A DNA stretch of 64,000 nt, from positions 41,399,454 through 41,463,453 of the forward strand of contig NC_068990.1 of the NCBI RefSeq assembly GCF_001194135.2, read 5' to 3'. The notes below the pieces were generated by a model. It was not told the origin of the DNA and ran no database searches. It worked only from the letters and a program-made list of their open reading frames with translations. Shown piece after piece: positions 13,371 to 26,093 of this stretch. Position 1 is the stretch's first letter; the number at the start of each line of letters is the position of its first letter. This DNA is from Octopus bimaculoides. Taxonomy: Eukaryota. A program made the position numbers and the translations under genes.

Positions 13371-13844
13371 ATCTAGACACTCGTGATTGGATTCGCTACA
13401 AAAAAAAAATCATCAATATATGTCGTTCCCCCAACCCCATCCCAATGTAAGAGATATTGCACAGATTGATGCTGCAAGAACGCATGGAGCAAAATCTGGC
13501 TAAAATGTCTTTCTGTGTCTCAGATTGGTATCTCACAGAGCAACGATGCCTTCTGAATTGGCGCGGTTCATTGTGTAGGCTTAGATATAGGTTAATCTAA
13601 GTTCTAGCGTTATGCGATCGATCTGAAATGATATCATGAGCACCGTCACGCAGCAAACATTTCGGGAGCTGTGATCCACACATCAATTTTGTGACAAGGG
13701 CCGAGGAATGTAAACAGAGCATGTAGGTACAACGTGAATTTTTATTATATTTATTACCGCAAGGTATGGCCCCTAATAAAAGACAAATGTATCAACATCA
13801 GACGTGTCTCATTTAGGCACAAAACAGCAATCTTAACGGTACTT

Positions 13845-13915
13845 GACTGGTACTTTATTTTACGACCTCGAAGTGAGGAAAAGCAAATTTGACTCCGGCT
13901 GTATTTGAACTCATC
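13845..13915 (-). mobile_element. SINE family C fragment
   Basis: Reverse strand tgagttcaaatacagccggagtcaaatttgcttttc...aaataaagtaccagtc. Confidence 0.65.
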
Positions 13916-13947
13916 ACTCATTTATGAATTAATAATTATAGTATTGA

Positions 13948-14160
13948 TAAGGCAGCGAGCTGGCAGAATCGTTACCATGCTGGAAAAATGCTTAGCGGCA
14001 TTCCATCCGTCTTAATGTTCTGAGTTCAAATTCCGCCCCGGTCGACTCTACCTTTCATCCTTTCGGGGTCGATAAAACAAATACCAGTTGAGCACTGAGG
14101 TCGATGTAATCGACTAGCTCGCTCCTCAATAATTGGTGACCTGGTGCCAAAATTAGAAGC
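13948..14160 (+). mobile_element. SINE family C monomer
   Basis: aaggcagcgagctggcagaatcgttacc...gagttcaaattccgcc...ggtgccaaaattaga; taataattat occurs on both flanks. Confidence 0.9.
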
Positions 14161-15129
14161 TAATAATTATTTTATTCATATATTAGGTCACACTCCCCAA
14201 TTCGTGACGCCCCGTCGACTGCCAGTATATTCAGCTGGCCCAGTGCGTGGATGCTATTCTGCAAGACATTTGTAAAACGGGACTGGGAAAGGGGTAACGG
14301 AACATAACACTGGTCCGTTTCAAACTATTTCTGTCGGGCTGATCCCACATGTATAACTTAGATGTATTGAATTTCCATTAACAATAGAGCGACATCAAAA
14401 TAATTGGCTAAAATAATTTCTAAACTTTCCCTGTTATACCTCAAGCCCCCTTCGTCCGGGTATAACTTCCGGACCCCTGCGCCTGTCCCAACGCGGGCAG
14501 TGCATACTTACCAATGTGGTATATAAATGAGAGGTAGTTACGCATAATAGCTCAAACATTAACCCAGGGAAGCAGCGTGTTTCGATGCATAAGCACTCCT
14601 TCTCTAAACTGGAACTTAGACACTCTACTCCCTTAGCTGAATATGTCCACGAGTTAAACGATAATAGGGTTAGTTATGAATTGTATTGGTGGTGGGCGTC
14701 CATGTGGATTATGTACCTGTAATACTTTAGAAATTATTTTGGTCAGCAGCAAATGCAACCTTAATAAACGTAGCAAAGTAGGGATCTACTGCCTCCACAG
14801 AAAAAGTAGAACATCCCGATGTTACAGGTCGAAAAAGTACCTGAGCCACGGTGATGTGCGATAGCACGTAAATGACTCCCCCCGTTAACATGCGGGTTCG
14901 ACCAGGTGTGTCTCACGGTTATCACACCATGTGTGTGTGTATTTCTAACAAAGAAGTTGAGTATTTTGAATTTGGCCATCCATTCAATACATTTAAGTAG
15001 AGAATCATGTATGTGTCTGCGTGTATAATTATGGTGAAGAAAAATCTGACAGTAACCTCGAAGTTTCGCTTAAATTTTCTGGTTAAAATAAACTATAATA
15101 TTCAACTTAAATGTGTGTGTATCTGTGTT

Positions 15130-15176
<47 letters not shown>

Positions 15177-15802
15177 GTGTGTGTGTTGTGTGTGTGGTTG
15201 TGTGTATGTATAAAGTGATCGATTGATGCACATATTTATAAACACACACAGACAGAGCACAACACAAATGTATTACTAATTCACTCTTAATAATACTTTT
15301 TATTCATCAACGTATATTTTATTACCAGCATCCTCAGAATACTTGACTCAAATGACACTGAATTATAAAGCTAACGTCATTTCTGCTGCAGGGCTGACTG
15401 GTTCCATTTCATTTGGCAGCTGGAATTTCAACGCTGTTCACAGATCACTTCCTGATGGTTTAGAATTTCAGAGATGAAAAGTTTTGAAAACCTCTCCGAG
15501 ACGTTTACAAATGTTCTGTGTCTCAGACAGAATGACACATTACACGCAGACAGTATATATAAATATACATGTATATTTGTATACATACATGTGCATGTAT
15601 GTTCAAAGTTTAACACACAGCTTTAGGAACACATACATAAACGCACACAAAGACGCACACTGGCGCACATATACATCTTTTAGTTGATCATGTGAATCCC
15701 AGGACTTATTTTATCGAACTCGTTATGTCTAACTGCTAATTCACAAGACATGCTGTGATAGAACACAACGTAGAGTTTTACATCCCCCCCCCACACACAC
15801 AC

Positions 15803-16194
15803 ATCTTTTATCTGTTATTTGTTTCAGTCATTAGACTGCGACCATGCTGGAGCACAACCTTGGAATTTTTTTAGTCGAATGAATCGATCCCAGAACTTAT
15901 CTTTTAAAGCCTGGTACTTTAAAAAGTACCAGACCGAACCGCTAAATTACGAGGACGTAAACAAACCAGAACCGGTTGCCAAGTGGTAATGGGGACAAAC
16001 ATAAAAACGCACGCACACACGCACACACACACAATGAGCTTGTTTCGGGTTCCGTCTATCAAATCCACTCATAAGGCTTTGGTCGGCCCGAGGCTACACT
16101 AGAAGACACTTGCGCAAGGTGCCACGCAGTGGGACTGAACTCGGAGCCGTGTGGTTGGGAAGCAAGCTTCTTACCACGTAGCCACGCCTGCACC
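15803..16194 (-). mobile_element. SINE family A, full length
   Basis: Complete reversed head-to-tail match. Confidence 0.9.
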
Positions 16195-17798
16195 TTAAAA
16201 AAAATTATCGTAGGTTCGAACGTAAGACATTTTAAGCTAAGTAGTCCGGTACATAGAAACTCAGTCATCTGAGTTTTTATAATACATACATATAATGCAT
16301 TCATATGTATGTAAGGTTTCTGTCATTCGCTAGCAAGGATGACTTAGTAGTTACTGCCAAACTATTGTTGTTTTAGGTGCCTTTGTAATCGCGAGCAGAG
16401 GCTTTATCCTTTTCCCATTCACTGAACCAGCAGAATAACGGCATTGTAACAGTTGAAAGGAAAGAGAGCTGCACAAACCTTAAACTGGTACTTGAGCTGA
16501 GTGCAACAATGTGAAATGAAATGCCTTCTTGAAGTACGCAACATGTCACTCGGTCCAGGAATTGAACACGCATGGTCTCCGCACTTGATCTCAATTTTCT
16601 GGTTTATGATTATCAGTTTCTTATCTCAGGTATCTCTGATTATCTTGGTATCCTGGTAGGCAGTTATGTGAAAGCAAATGAACTGCCTCACACTCACCTT
16701 AAATATTTAACGTAAGAATTTTAAAGACAGAAGCATAACTTCAAAATCTGTGGCACGTATGGTGTTCATGAATGTTTTCCACAGAAAAGAACAGGACGTT
16801 CATTATCTTCCTTCTCCTTTTCATTCCTACAAATATGTATCTACGTTAGAAACTATAAGTATATTTATTTACATCGATGTTGCCTCCTTGATTTGAAAGG
16901 AAGAAATCATAGATTCTTTGAATTCAAAAGCTTTATTGAAGGAACGCATTTTTTTATATTATAGTTTTACTTATAGCCTAATGAGTCCGCATTACACTCA
17001 AGAATTTCATTTTTACCCCACTTGGGGTAATTTACCCCGATTCACCGACCCTTGAGTGACAAGCAAAATAACTCAGTTTTTAAATGTGCAAAATTTTGTT
17101 GTGATCGGCCTCCGCTTTTCTCTTCTAAACGAAGGGCTAGCGTCCCGAACATCAAGTTCCCCTCTGTTTCTTCCTTGTAACATAAAATTCATTACGTTGT
17201 ATACTTGTTCATTTTAAGTTCCTCAAATGTGTCGGATATTCGATAAAGTAATTAGCAGATATAAATATGTACCGTGGTCAATATGATAGCTTATAACATC
17301 TGAACACAATGCCCCAGCTTGGCCGTAGTCCAGTGATTGAAACTAGTAATAGAATAAAAGAATGATATTGATTAAGTGCAGGATGTACTCTTTCTTCTTC
17401 AAATATTTGCTCTTGTACCTTGTCAGAAAGAATGTGTGTTAAGTTACTGGTCTGTGGGCCCAGTTTCGATTTACCAACATCATTAATATATAGTTAAGAG
17501 AAACAGGAAGCTTACATCTCTTCATTTCCCTTCTTTTCTAATATCTCCGACATATTTGTTTAACCAACAAGAAAAATAGTTGTCATTGCTAATGAATATA
17601 CCAGAGAATAAGATGTGACTATCTATCAGCTAGCAGCAACGACGCGGTTTCAATTTCTGACCAAAGCTAGTTCATTTCAGTTACACAACGAATATCATCT
17701 TTTCGCACTTACAATCCTCTTCTTCAAGTATGAGGTATATGTGTCCAGTGCGTGAACAAATTCGAATAAAACATTTTCCATTTTTGATAGCACAACCT

Positions 17799-17945
17799 CG
17801 AAAACAAACATGGAGGGTCGTTAGACCAGAACGAGGGTAAAATAACAAACGCTGTCCTGCTTTTCATTTGTTTCTCTCGTTGTTTGCGTATTGAATTCAT
17901 TTGTTTTCGTATTTCATGTTGTTTACTGTTGGTGACATCCTGTAC
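17799..17945. mobile_element. Rearranged copy of unclassified repeat D
   Basis: 17799-17844 is the reverse complement of 18384-18429; 17853-17945 is a direct copy of 18604-18696. Confidence 0.75.
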
Positions 17946-17948
17946 ATG

Positions 17949-18006
<58 letters not shown>

Positions 18007-18299
18007 CATATATATGCATAAATGTATATATTTAAATTTATACTATTATTTGACTGAACGCCACGCATCCATTTCCAAGTAAGTTTATCTCAATTTTTTT
18101 ATCCGAATCTACTCTACACTGTTTTCTCACCCATCGTTTTCTCTCCCATCCTTTCTCTAATTCCATTTTTCCCTCTTCATAGTTTTCTACATGTCTCTTC
18201 CTCTCTCTTCCCTCTTCCTCGTTTACTCTCTCTCTCTCTCTCTCTCTCTCGTTGCTCACACGTGACCATCGTCCATCTTTCTTTTCTTCACGTGATTAT

Positions 18300-18700
18300 C
18301 TTTCTTTACTTTCAGGACAGTCCTAAGGACTAGACGTATCCTATCTTTCCTCTTGTGAAAGAAAATATTTCTTCAGCCCTCGCTATTTTACCCTCGTTTT
18401 GGTCTAACGATCCGCCATGTTTGTTTTCGTTCGGTTTCCTTTTATATCTTCACTGTCCTGTTTTTGTTCCCCTCCATAAATCCCAAATTTTATTTTGGTA
18501 CTTATAGGAGCAATTGTCTTCGAAGACTCATTGTCGTTCAATGCTCGAAATGAAGAGTAGATAGACTGCCGACAGCTCACGAAGGAACGTTCTTTATGTT
18601 ATTTGTCCTGTTTTCCATTTGTTTCTCTCGCTGTTTGCGTATTGAACTCATTTGTTTTCGTATTTCACGTTGCTTACTGTTAGTGACGTCCTGTACCCAT
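18300..18700 (+). mobile_element. Unclassified T-rich repeat D, possibly Penelope-terminal
   Basis: Two segments duplicated at 17799-17945; class assignment is inference only. Confidence 0.55.
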
Positions 18701-18778
18701 ATATGCATATGTTTATGTGTGTTTGTGTGTATGTGTGCATATATATATATATATATTATTTATATTACATATATATTA

Positions 18779-18846
<68 letters not shown>

Positions 18847-18999
18847 TGGCTGAGTAACTAAATTCATCACTTTCTTCATCAATTCCGAACAGGATGATTA
18901 CACCCAAACATGTATTAAGCACTCATTCTTCAATATATTTTATACACACATATACACACGAGTGTGTGAGTGCGTGTGTGTGTGTGTGTGTACCTTTGT

Positions 19000-19192
19000 G
19001 TCTATCCCCACCACTGCTTAACAGTCGGTGTCGGTGTGTTTATGTACCCATTGCTTAGTGGTTCGAAAAAAATCGAATAAGTTCTATGCTTTAATAAAAT
19101 ACTGGAGGTGATTCATTTGACTAAAAATTCTTCAAGGCGGTGCCCCAGCATGGCCACAGTCTAATGATAGAAAAAAGTTAGAGATAAAAGTA
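19000..19192 (+). mobile_element. SINE family A 3' half
   Basis: gactaaaaattcttcaaggcggtgccccagcatggccacagtctaatga tail. Confidence 0.8.
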
Positions 19193-19196
19193 TAAT

Positions 19197-19500
19197 TATA
19201 TGCTGACTGTAGTCTAATAATGGAGCATATAAATCCACGACGGAAAAATGGATATTGCTACCCGTGGGAATCGAGCCCACGTGTACTAGTACTCATTTTA
19301 TGAGGGGGTACTGAAAAGTTCCTGGTTGGAGGCCCAACCTCCCGAGTTCTTCTACAGGGCTTAGAAAAACTGAAGGATCGCTGCAATAAGTGTGTGAATC
19401 TGAGAGGGGAACATATTAAATAAGACCATAATTAATAGAACTTCTCGTATATGCCCCAATATTAGACTATTTTCTATAGTCAATATATACGGTGAAAACA
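19197..19500. mobile_element. Palindromic MITE (same family as 39718-39898), interrupted by a mariner derivative
   Basis: Right end gactattttctatagtcaatatatacggtgaaaa is the reverse complement of the 39718 left TIR; central cccgtgggaa...cccacg hairpin is shared. Confidence 0.75.
19301..19447 (+). mobile_element. Internally deleted mariner element
   Basis: TA on both sides; starts tgagggggtactgaaaagttcc (mariner-like TIR); encodes GLEKLKDRCNKCVNLRGEHIK*, matching the mariner C-terminal G.EKL..RW.KC....G.Y.E* pattern. Confidence 0.8.
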
Positions 19501-19509
19501 GTAATTATA

Positions 19510-20310
19510 ACAATTATAACAAAGCAAAATAGCTAGTTAGAAAATTTCTATAAGACATAAAAATAGTGACTATACTGAGAAGTAGCCTCCTCAACATGGC
19601 TGTTCCATAGGAACCGACGTTACTGCCATTTTTATCCTTAGGTGGAGTCTCCTCCAGCTGGTTATATTTTTACTATTTTACTTGTTTCAGTCATTTGACT
19701 GCGGCCATGCTGGAGCACCGCCTTTAGTCGAGCAAATCAACCCCAGGACTTATTCTTTGTAAGCCTAGTACTTATTCTATCGGTCTCTTTTTGCCGAGCC
19801 GCTAAGTTACGGGGACGTAAACACACCAGCATCAGTTGTCAAGCGAAGTTGGGGGGGGGAGACAAACACAGACACACAAACATACATATATATATACAAA
19901 TATACGACGGGCTTCTTTCAGTTTCCGTCTACCAAATCCACTCACAAAGCTTTGGTCGGCCCGAGGCTATAGTAGAAGACACTTGCCCAAGGTGCCACGC
20001 AGTGGGACTGAACCCGGAACCATGTGGTTGGTAAGCAAGCTACTTACCATATATTACAATCAGGGGAGCGAACCCCTACCATCTTCTCGCGCGACGACGG
20101 GACAACTCCACTGCTTGCACTATATATCGGGTGCAGACTGCATCGATAGCCATCTGGAGGAGGCTCCTCCTGAGGTTAAAAAACGGTAGTAACGTCGGTC
20201 CCTCTGGAATAACCAAATTGAAGTGGCGATAAAACAATTACTTCTCAGTACAGTAACTACTGTTATCTGTTATAGAGATTTTCTAACTTTCTATAGACAT
20301 TACTTCTTAT
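19510..20310. mobile_element. Old foldback element with ~160-bp inverted arms, SINE A inserted inside
   Basis: 19510-19668 is a diverged reverse complement of about 20147-20300 (ctggaggagactccacctaaggataaaaatggcagtaacgtcggttc vs ctggaggaggctcctcctgaggttaaaaaacggtagtaacgtcggtcc). Confidence 0.7.
19672..20050 (-). mobile_element. SINE family A, young near-full copy
   Basis: Very close to the consensus of other copies; first ~20 nt missing. Confidence 0.93.
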
Positions 20311-20321
20311 AATTATTCTGT

Positions 20322-20668
20322 TATTTTTTACTTGTTTCAGTCATCAGCCTACAGCCATTTCTGGAGCAACGCCTTGAAGAATTTTTATTCAAATGAATCA
20401 ACCCCAGTTCTTTTGCCGAGCCACGGGGACGTAAACATACCAACACCGACTATCAGTCGGTATCGGGTACAGACACAAAGTTACATGCACGTACACACAC
20501 ACACACACACACGTACGACGGGATTCTTTCAGTTTCCGTCAAAATCTTCAATCTCAAGGATTTGGTCGGCCTGAGACTATGGTAGAAAACACTTGCTCAA
20601 GGTGCCACGCAGTGGAACCGAACCCGGAATCATGTGGTTAGGAAGCAAGCTTCTAACGCCGACGTGCC
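20322..20668 (-). mobile_element. SINE family A, diverged near-full copy
   Basis: Reversed head, body and tail are colinear. Confidence 0.85.
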
Positions 20669-20678
20669 AATTTATTTC

Positions 20679-20730
<52 letters not shown>

Positions 20731-21570
20731 TTCACATACATATATACATTCATACGTACCTGGGTACACAAGCTGGTTGACATTTCAGAGGGCTGGAGCT
20801 CGCCCGAATACGAAAGAAAACATCTGGATGTGTAACAACATATAAGAAAACAAGTGCAGTTTGTGAAATATTTTGTTTTTCATTTTAAATATCCACCACC
20901 ATACCCCGCTCCACCACATTCCCACCCCTCACTATCACCACAGCAATGCCACCTCCTTCACTATTCTTACCCTATGTCAGAAGCAATGAGGTCAGATCAA
21001 ACTGCTAGGATTTTATTTGGCAAGATTTCAAAATTCGGTCAGTGCTAAGTCACTGAGCGGTCAGTAGCTCACAAAAGCTTTATTCTGCACACGCGTACAT
21101 TATCATGCACGCGTACAGACACATACGAATAAACATATTCACATATATATATGCACACACAAACGCACACTGAGCTACATTGACATACGTATATAAATAT
21201 AATTACATCTATAAATACATGTATCTATTTTATTTATACGCATACCTAAAAACGTGTATACATTCGCATACACACACATATAGGCGTATGTATTGTGTTT
21301 ATGTATGTGAATGTGAAAGGAAGGGAGAGAGGTGGGAGAGCACCCTGTAAGAAGGGAATAAAATTTAATATTTGTGTGCTCTGTGTCTTTTGTTTCCGTC
21401 AGTATAAGTTTGTGCGCATGCGTATGTGTATTTCTACTCGAATATATCTGTGTTGGTAGGGGGCAGAGTTTTGTGTCTTCCCTAGATTTTTAGTAGTGCA
21501 AACACAATTTTTGTTGTCCATTTATGTTTAGATATTTCCCCCTTTTCTCCCCTCATTCTCTCTCTCTCTT

Positions 21571-21629
<59 letters not shown>

Positions 21630-22391
21630 ACATACACACACATATATACGTATATATAGGGAACGAGTGGGGTAGAAAGTCAGCGTTCAATTAAGATGTG
21701 TGTTTGTGTGTGTGTTATTGCTGAAAGTAGCCTAGTTTCTGTTAAAATAAGGCCGCTATTTTCTTTTTAAAAAATTCTGTGAACCCTGCGATGTATATCC
21801 CTGATCACTAACTCTTCAGACTACTAACCTTATTTACCGCCCGTTTACGAGAACAATTCAATATTGCATTATGTTGATTAATAACAAATATATATTCATT
21901 AATTTAGATAAACCCAAACTGAGAAAGGTAGCATGTAAAAGGAGCACAAACAGAAGAAATACCTCCAATCAGGAAAATGAAGCCAAGCTTTATGATCCAA
22001 TCCATCAGATCTTCTTCAATTTTGTGCTTCTTTTTCACGGGTAGGAAGATACTTTAGAGAACAGAAGATATCAGAGCTGGTCATTCATACCGTTAACAGA
22101 AATTGTATTCAGCCAGGAGATGGCATGGCACGGCGGTATTCACTTGTGACTTGTTTGCTCAATAACACTCGTCACGAATGAGTATTCTAGAACAAATCTT
22201 CGAGATAAATATACGTGGTTATATGTGCACATAGGTGTGTTCTCGTTTATTTGCGAGTTTGTGCATGTTATATAAATGTGTATGCATGTGTTTTCTAAGG
22301 ATTAGCTTCAATTTTTGCTGAGTAAATTTGACTCGATGAGGCCTATCTTTTCCCAAACGACAGTCACGTAAGGAATTACAGCAAGATGATT

Positions 22392-22638
22392 CCCAGACCG
22401 GGCGTTCTGAGTTTTTATTGAGCGAAAACACCTAAAGCTCCACGAGGCTCCGGCAGGGGGTGGTGGCGAACCCTGCTATACTCTTTCATCACAACTTTCT
22501 CTCACTCTTCCTTCCTGTTTCTCTTGTGCCTGTAATTCAAATGCCAGCCTTGTCATACTGTGTCACGCTGAATATCCCCGAGAACTACGTTTAGGGTACA
22601 CGTGTCTGTGGAATGCTCAGCCACTTGCACGTTAATTT
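22392..22638 (+). mobile_element. SINE family B, 5' truncated, runs into gap
   Basis: High similarity to about 1900-2145. Confidence 0.9.
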
Positions 22639-23040
22639 NNNNNNNNNNNNNNNNNNNNNNNNNNNNNNNNNNNNNNNNNNNNNNNNNNNNNNNNNNNNNN
22701 NNNNNNNNNNNNNNNNNNNNNNNNNNNNNNNNNNNNNNNNNNNNNTAACTCTACTGAGTGTAAAATTTCTATTATTATCTTCTGCATAATTGTAGTGGAA
22801 TACGAATAAAACCCGCTTGGTGAAAACCTCTTAATTTAAAATGCAATGAAGAATAAAACCCATTGTTTAAAGGTTTTCCGAAAAAAAACATTTTTCAGGG
22901 AGTTTTCTTTCTCAAAATATTTTGCGAGTAAACTGCATTTATACCGAACTAAAATCAGATAATTAAAAATCAATCATTCAATTTTTTTATGACTTGATTG
23001 TTTCAAAAGTTTTAATTATTCCGTTTCTATTAATGTATTT

Positions 23041-23385
23041 TTATCTTTTATCTTTATCTTTTACTTTTTTCAGTCATTAGACTGCGGCCATGCTGGGGGC
23101 ACTGCCTTGAAGAATTTTTTAGTCTAATGTATCGACCCCAGTACTTATTTTTTAAAGCCTGGTGCTTATTTTGTCGTCACCTTTGCTGAACCACTAACTT
23201 ACGGGTAAGTAAACACACCAGCACTTGTTGTCAAGCTGTGGCAGGGGGAACAAAGTAAGAAATACATATATACGACGGGCTTCTTTCAGTTTCCACACAC
23301 AAGGTTTTGATCGGCCCGGGGCTATAGTAGAAGACACTTGCTCATGGTACCACTCAGTGAAACTGAACCCGAAACCATGTAGTTT
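23041..23385 (-). mobile_element. SINE family A
   Basis: Reversed tail, body and head motifs. Confidence 0.85.
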
Positions 23386-24999
23386 TCTTTTTCTTTTTTT
23401 TTTCAACACTGAAACTCCTGAACCAGTCAACTAAACCAAGTTAGCAAAACTTTGATGACGAAATCGAATAATTCCCTCAGCAATTTAGCAGAAAAACCAT
23501 TTAGTGATTGTGTGACGTTGAGATTTGCTTCACACCGCAATGTTACTTAGATCCGAACTTAGAAAACTGGGATTGATATCTCACAAATTATGACATTGGC
23601 TAATGTTAGACGCTGTAGATTGTGAATGTAGAATTATGAACTACAAAGATCATACCTCTGTCTCTGATCATATATACAAACTACTGAGAAAGTAGATTCG
23701 AGACAAGAGATAGATTACAGGGCACTAATACAGTGGTTCATATACTGTCACTATAACTTTACCAGACAAAAAGAAACTACGGAAACTTGGAAGAAACCCC
23801 ACTTAACATTAATCAAGTAGCATTTATGTTTTTAACATCAACAATCACTCTACGATTATACTTACCACTTCAAGTCAATTTGTATCATTAGGACATCCAT
23901 AATCTAGCTTCACGCTCCCGCTTTACAATTTCCTGTCAATAGACACTTAAGTAACACTCCAATGATTTCTTTTCTTCTTAAACGTACCAGCCACTTATTG
24001 ATTATTACACCCGTGACTAATCGTAGCATGACTATATAATGATGTGCTCCTGAGAGAGTTAGTTGTATCGCTGATCTCTTTCAGAAATGACACGATGACC
24101 TTCTTAATCCACCATGTCAATAACCATGATTTAATCAGTGTACGACACTAATAAGCCATGAGGATAGTCTTTGCTATTGTTTTCAATTACTCCAATATAT
24201 GGATCACCTAATCGTCTAGAATTGATTTAAATGGTCTGGAAATCTTAGCTGAATACTTACACTCTTCTGAAATCGTTTTAACCAATTTAAGAGATGTTTT
24301 CTGTGTACTCTCCATTCTCTGCTCGTTTTAAGTTCGCATTAAAACTGCAGAGTTAGATACGGCTGGTAATAATTTTAACTGTACCAGAAAAAAAATCAGG
24401 TTGCTCAACCTATTGAAAATTATGAAGCTCTCTAACATAGAAAAATATTCTTGATATATGTCTTGGGCCACTAAATTGCTTTCTAGATCCAGGAAAACCG
24501 TCCTCATTTGGATGGGAAAAATGCTCTAAGTATAACACGTATCTGAACTTACCGATATTTTTCAGAGTTTGTATTTGAATTAATGTGCTAATCCTTAGTT
24601 CTAGATGGTTTCTGGTTGAAAACATCAACAATTGCCAGGGATATATTCATTGTTATAGAGGTTTTGGCCACAAACACTGTAGTCTTTGCGTGCATTTCAT
24701 GATCTCTGTCTGGTTAGATCTTACGTTCAGAAGGTTAGTAGCATACAGTCACCGTCATCTGTCAGTTCTTTCTCTACTATAAAGGTTTCCGTTTCTTTAA
24801 AATTGGGAATGCCCAATGACCTTGTTTCTACTGGATAGGATGAATAAAACTATTTTATAGACCGATGTTTCTCTCAACACGTTCCTCTGTAGAAGAGAAA
24901 ATGCTGACAAGGATTTACTGTTGTTTCCAACAATTTTACCCACTTTTTATGTTTAACACTCTATCCTCATAATTGTAGCGATAATAATTGTTTCACATT

Positions 25000-25130
25000 T
25001 AGGCACAAGGCCAGCAATTTGGAGCGAGAGCAATGGTCGGTTTCATTGACACCAAGCTAGATTGATAAGCTAGTTTATCGAGCTAGGAAGCAAAGTTGAT
25101 CACGGCAGAATTAGAACTTAAAACGTAATA
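25000..25130 (-). mobile_element. SINE family C, degenerate
   Basis: ttaggcacaaggccagcaattt tail and cggcagaattagaactta head remnant. Confidence 0.6.
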
Positions 25131-25315
25131 ATATCATTAGATATTGTTGAATACCATTCAATTGATTATGTTAATCCACCAACCTTGTTACAACAATAAT
25201 ATAATAATTACTTACCTTATTTCTGAATTTGAAAAATTAGGCAGGTAAAATATGCGCGTGTGTTATAGCTAAAATAGAATAGTTAAGAAATTGTTTTTAA
25301 TGTTTTTGGGAAGCC

Positions 25316-26088
25316 AGAACTGGGATAAATCAATGGTTGCCATTTTTTATCATAATTTCCGATATTTCAGGCTAAAACAACCTCTTCAGAAAAAAGGAAT
25401 CGGAAATCTTGTGTTACGAGCTAGCTTTTCTGCTCTGTAGTGTGTGTGCATTTATGTATATATGGAATGGAAGCTTTGTCTCCACAGAATATCATTGCTA
25501 TAAGTGTTATTTGGTTGCATGCGGCTGGATTCAGTTGGTGGAACGGGGTTTGGTCTTGCTATGATGATGGCTCCTTTTATTCTCTGGTTCCTATTGGCTC
25601 GTTCCGTGGTGTCAATAGAGACCTGGATATCATGAATGAGGAATTTCCGTAAGGGTAATTTGATCGAAGAATCATCAGCATAGAATTGTTCCTTAAACAA
25701 ATTTGGAGTTATCTGATAGTATTCTAGTGTAGGATTCATTGCGTTTACTACATATGATTTAATACACTACATAGTAGTACATAGTGGCACAGTAGTAGTA
25801 CATAGTATTCAACTAGCAATAACCACGCCTCGGATAACCCTCATTGGCTATGGAACCGCCTCTGCGCAAAGTACTACATAGTAGCAGAGCTGATTAGCTA
25901 ATATAACAATGCTACCCTTTGCATTCCAATTGCACCCTCCTCATATTCAAAAACGTACACACGCTACAGAGCAGAAAAGCTTGCTCGCATCATCAAATTT
26001 TCGATTGCTTTCTTCCTGAAGACTGGGTCTTAACACAGAAATATCAGAGTATAAATGAAATTGCAAACCGTTGATTTCTCTTAGTTCT
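25316..26088. mobile_element. Non-autonomous DNA transposon with ~135-bp imperfect TIRs
   Basis: 25316-25449 vs reverse complement of 25955-26088; core agcttttctgctctgtag(t/c)gtgtgt is nearly identical. Confidence 0.75.
25452..25739 (-). other. 95-aa ORF of unknown identity inside the TIR element
   Basis: Non-repetitive ATG-to-stop ORF from the track (MNPTLEYYQITPNLFKEQFYADD...); no recognised homology. Confidence 0.25.
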
Positions 26089-26093
26089 AATGA

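Noticed and set aside
14320-14620. Additional gaaac-containing hammerhead-like strings (also about 49215-49290 and 57870)
   Set aside because: Core and stems too degenerate to call.
15384-15452. Possible exon GLTGSISFGSWNFNAVHRSLPDG recalling the iGluR GLTG.I.F motif
   Set aside because: Residues after the motif do not fit, the donor is weak, and there are no neighbouring exons.
19836-20189. Recurrent peptides RRASFSFRLPNPLT and IVEDTCPRCHAVGLNPE in many ORFs
   Set aside because: Translations of SINE A copies, not a gene family.
20792-20890. Possible exon GLELARIRKKTSG
   Set aside because: No convincing donor before the in-frame stop.
23862-23932. Minus-strand ag...gtaagt exon-like interval
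   Set aside because: Stops in all three frames.
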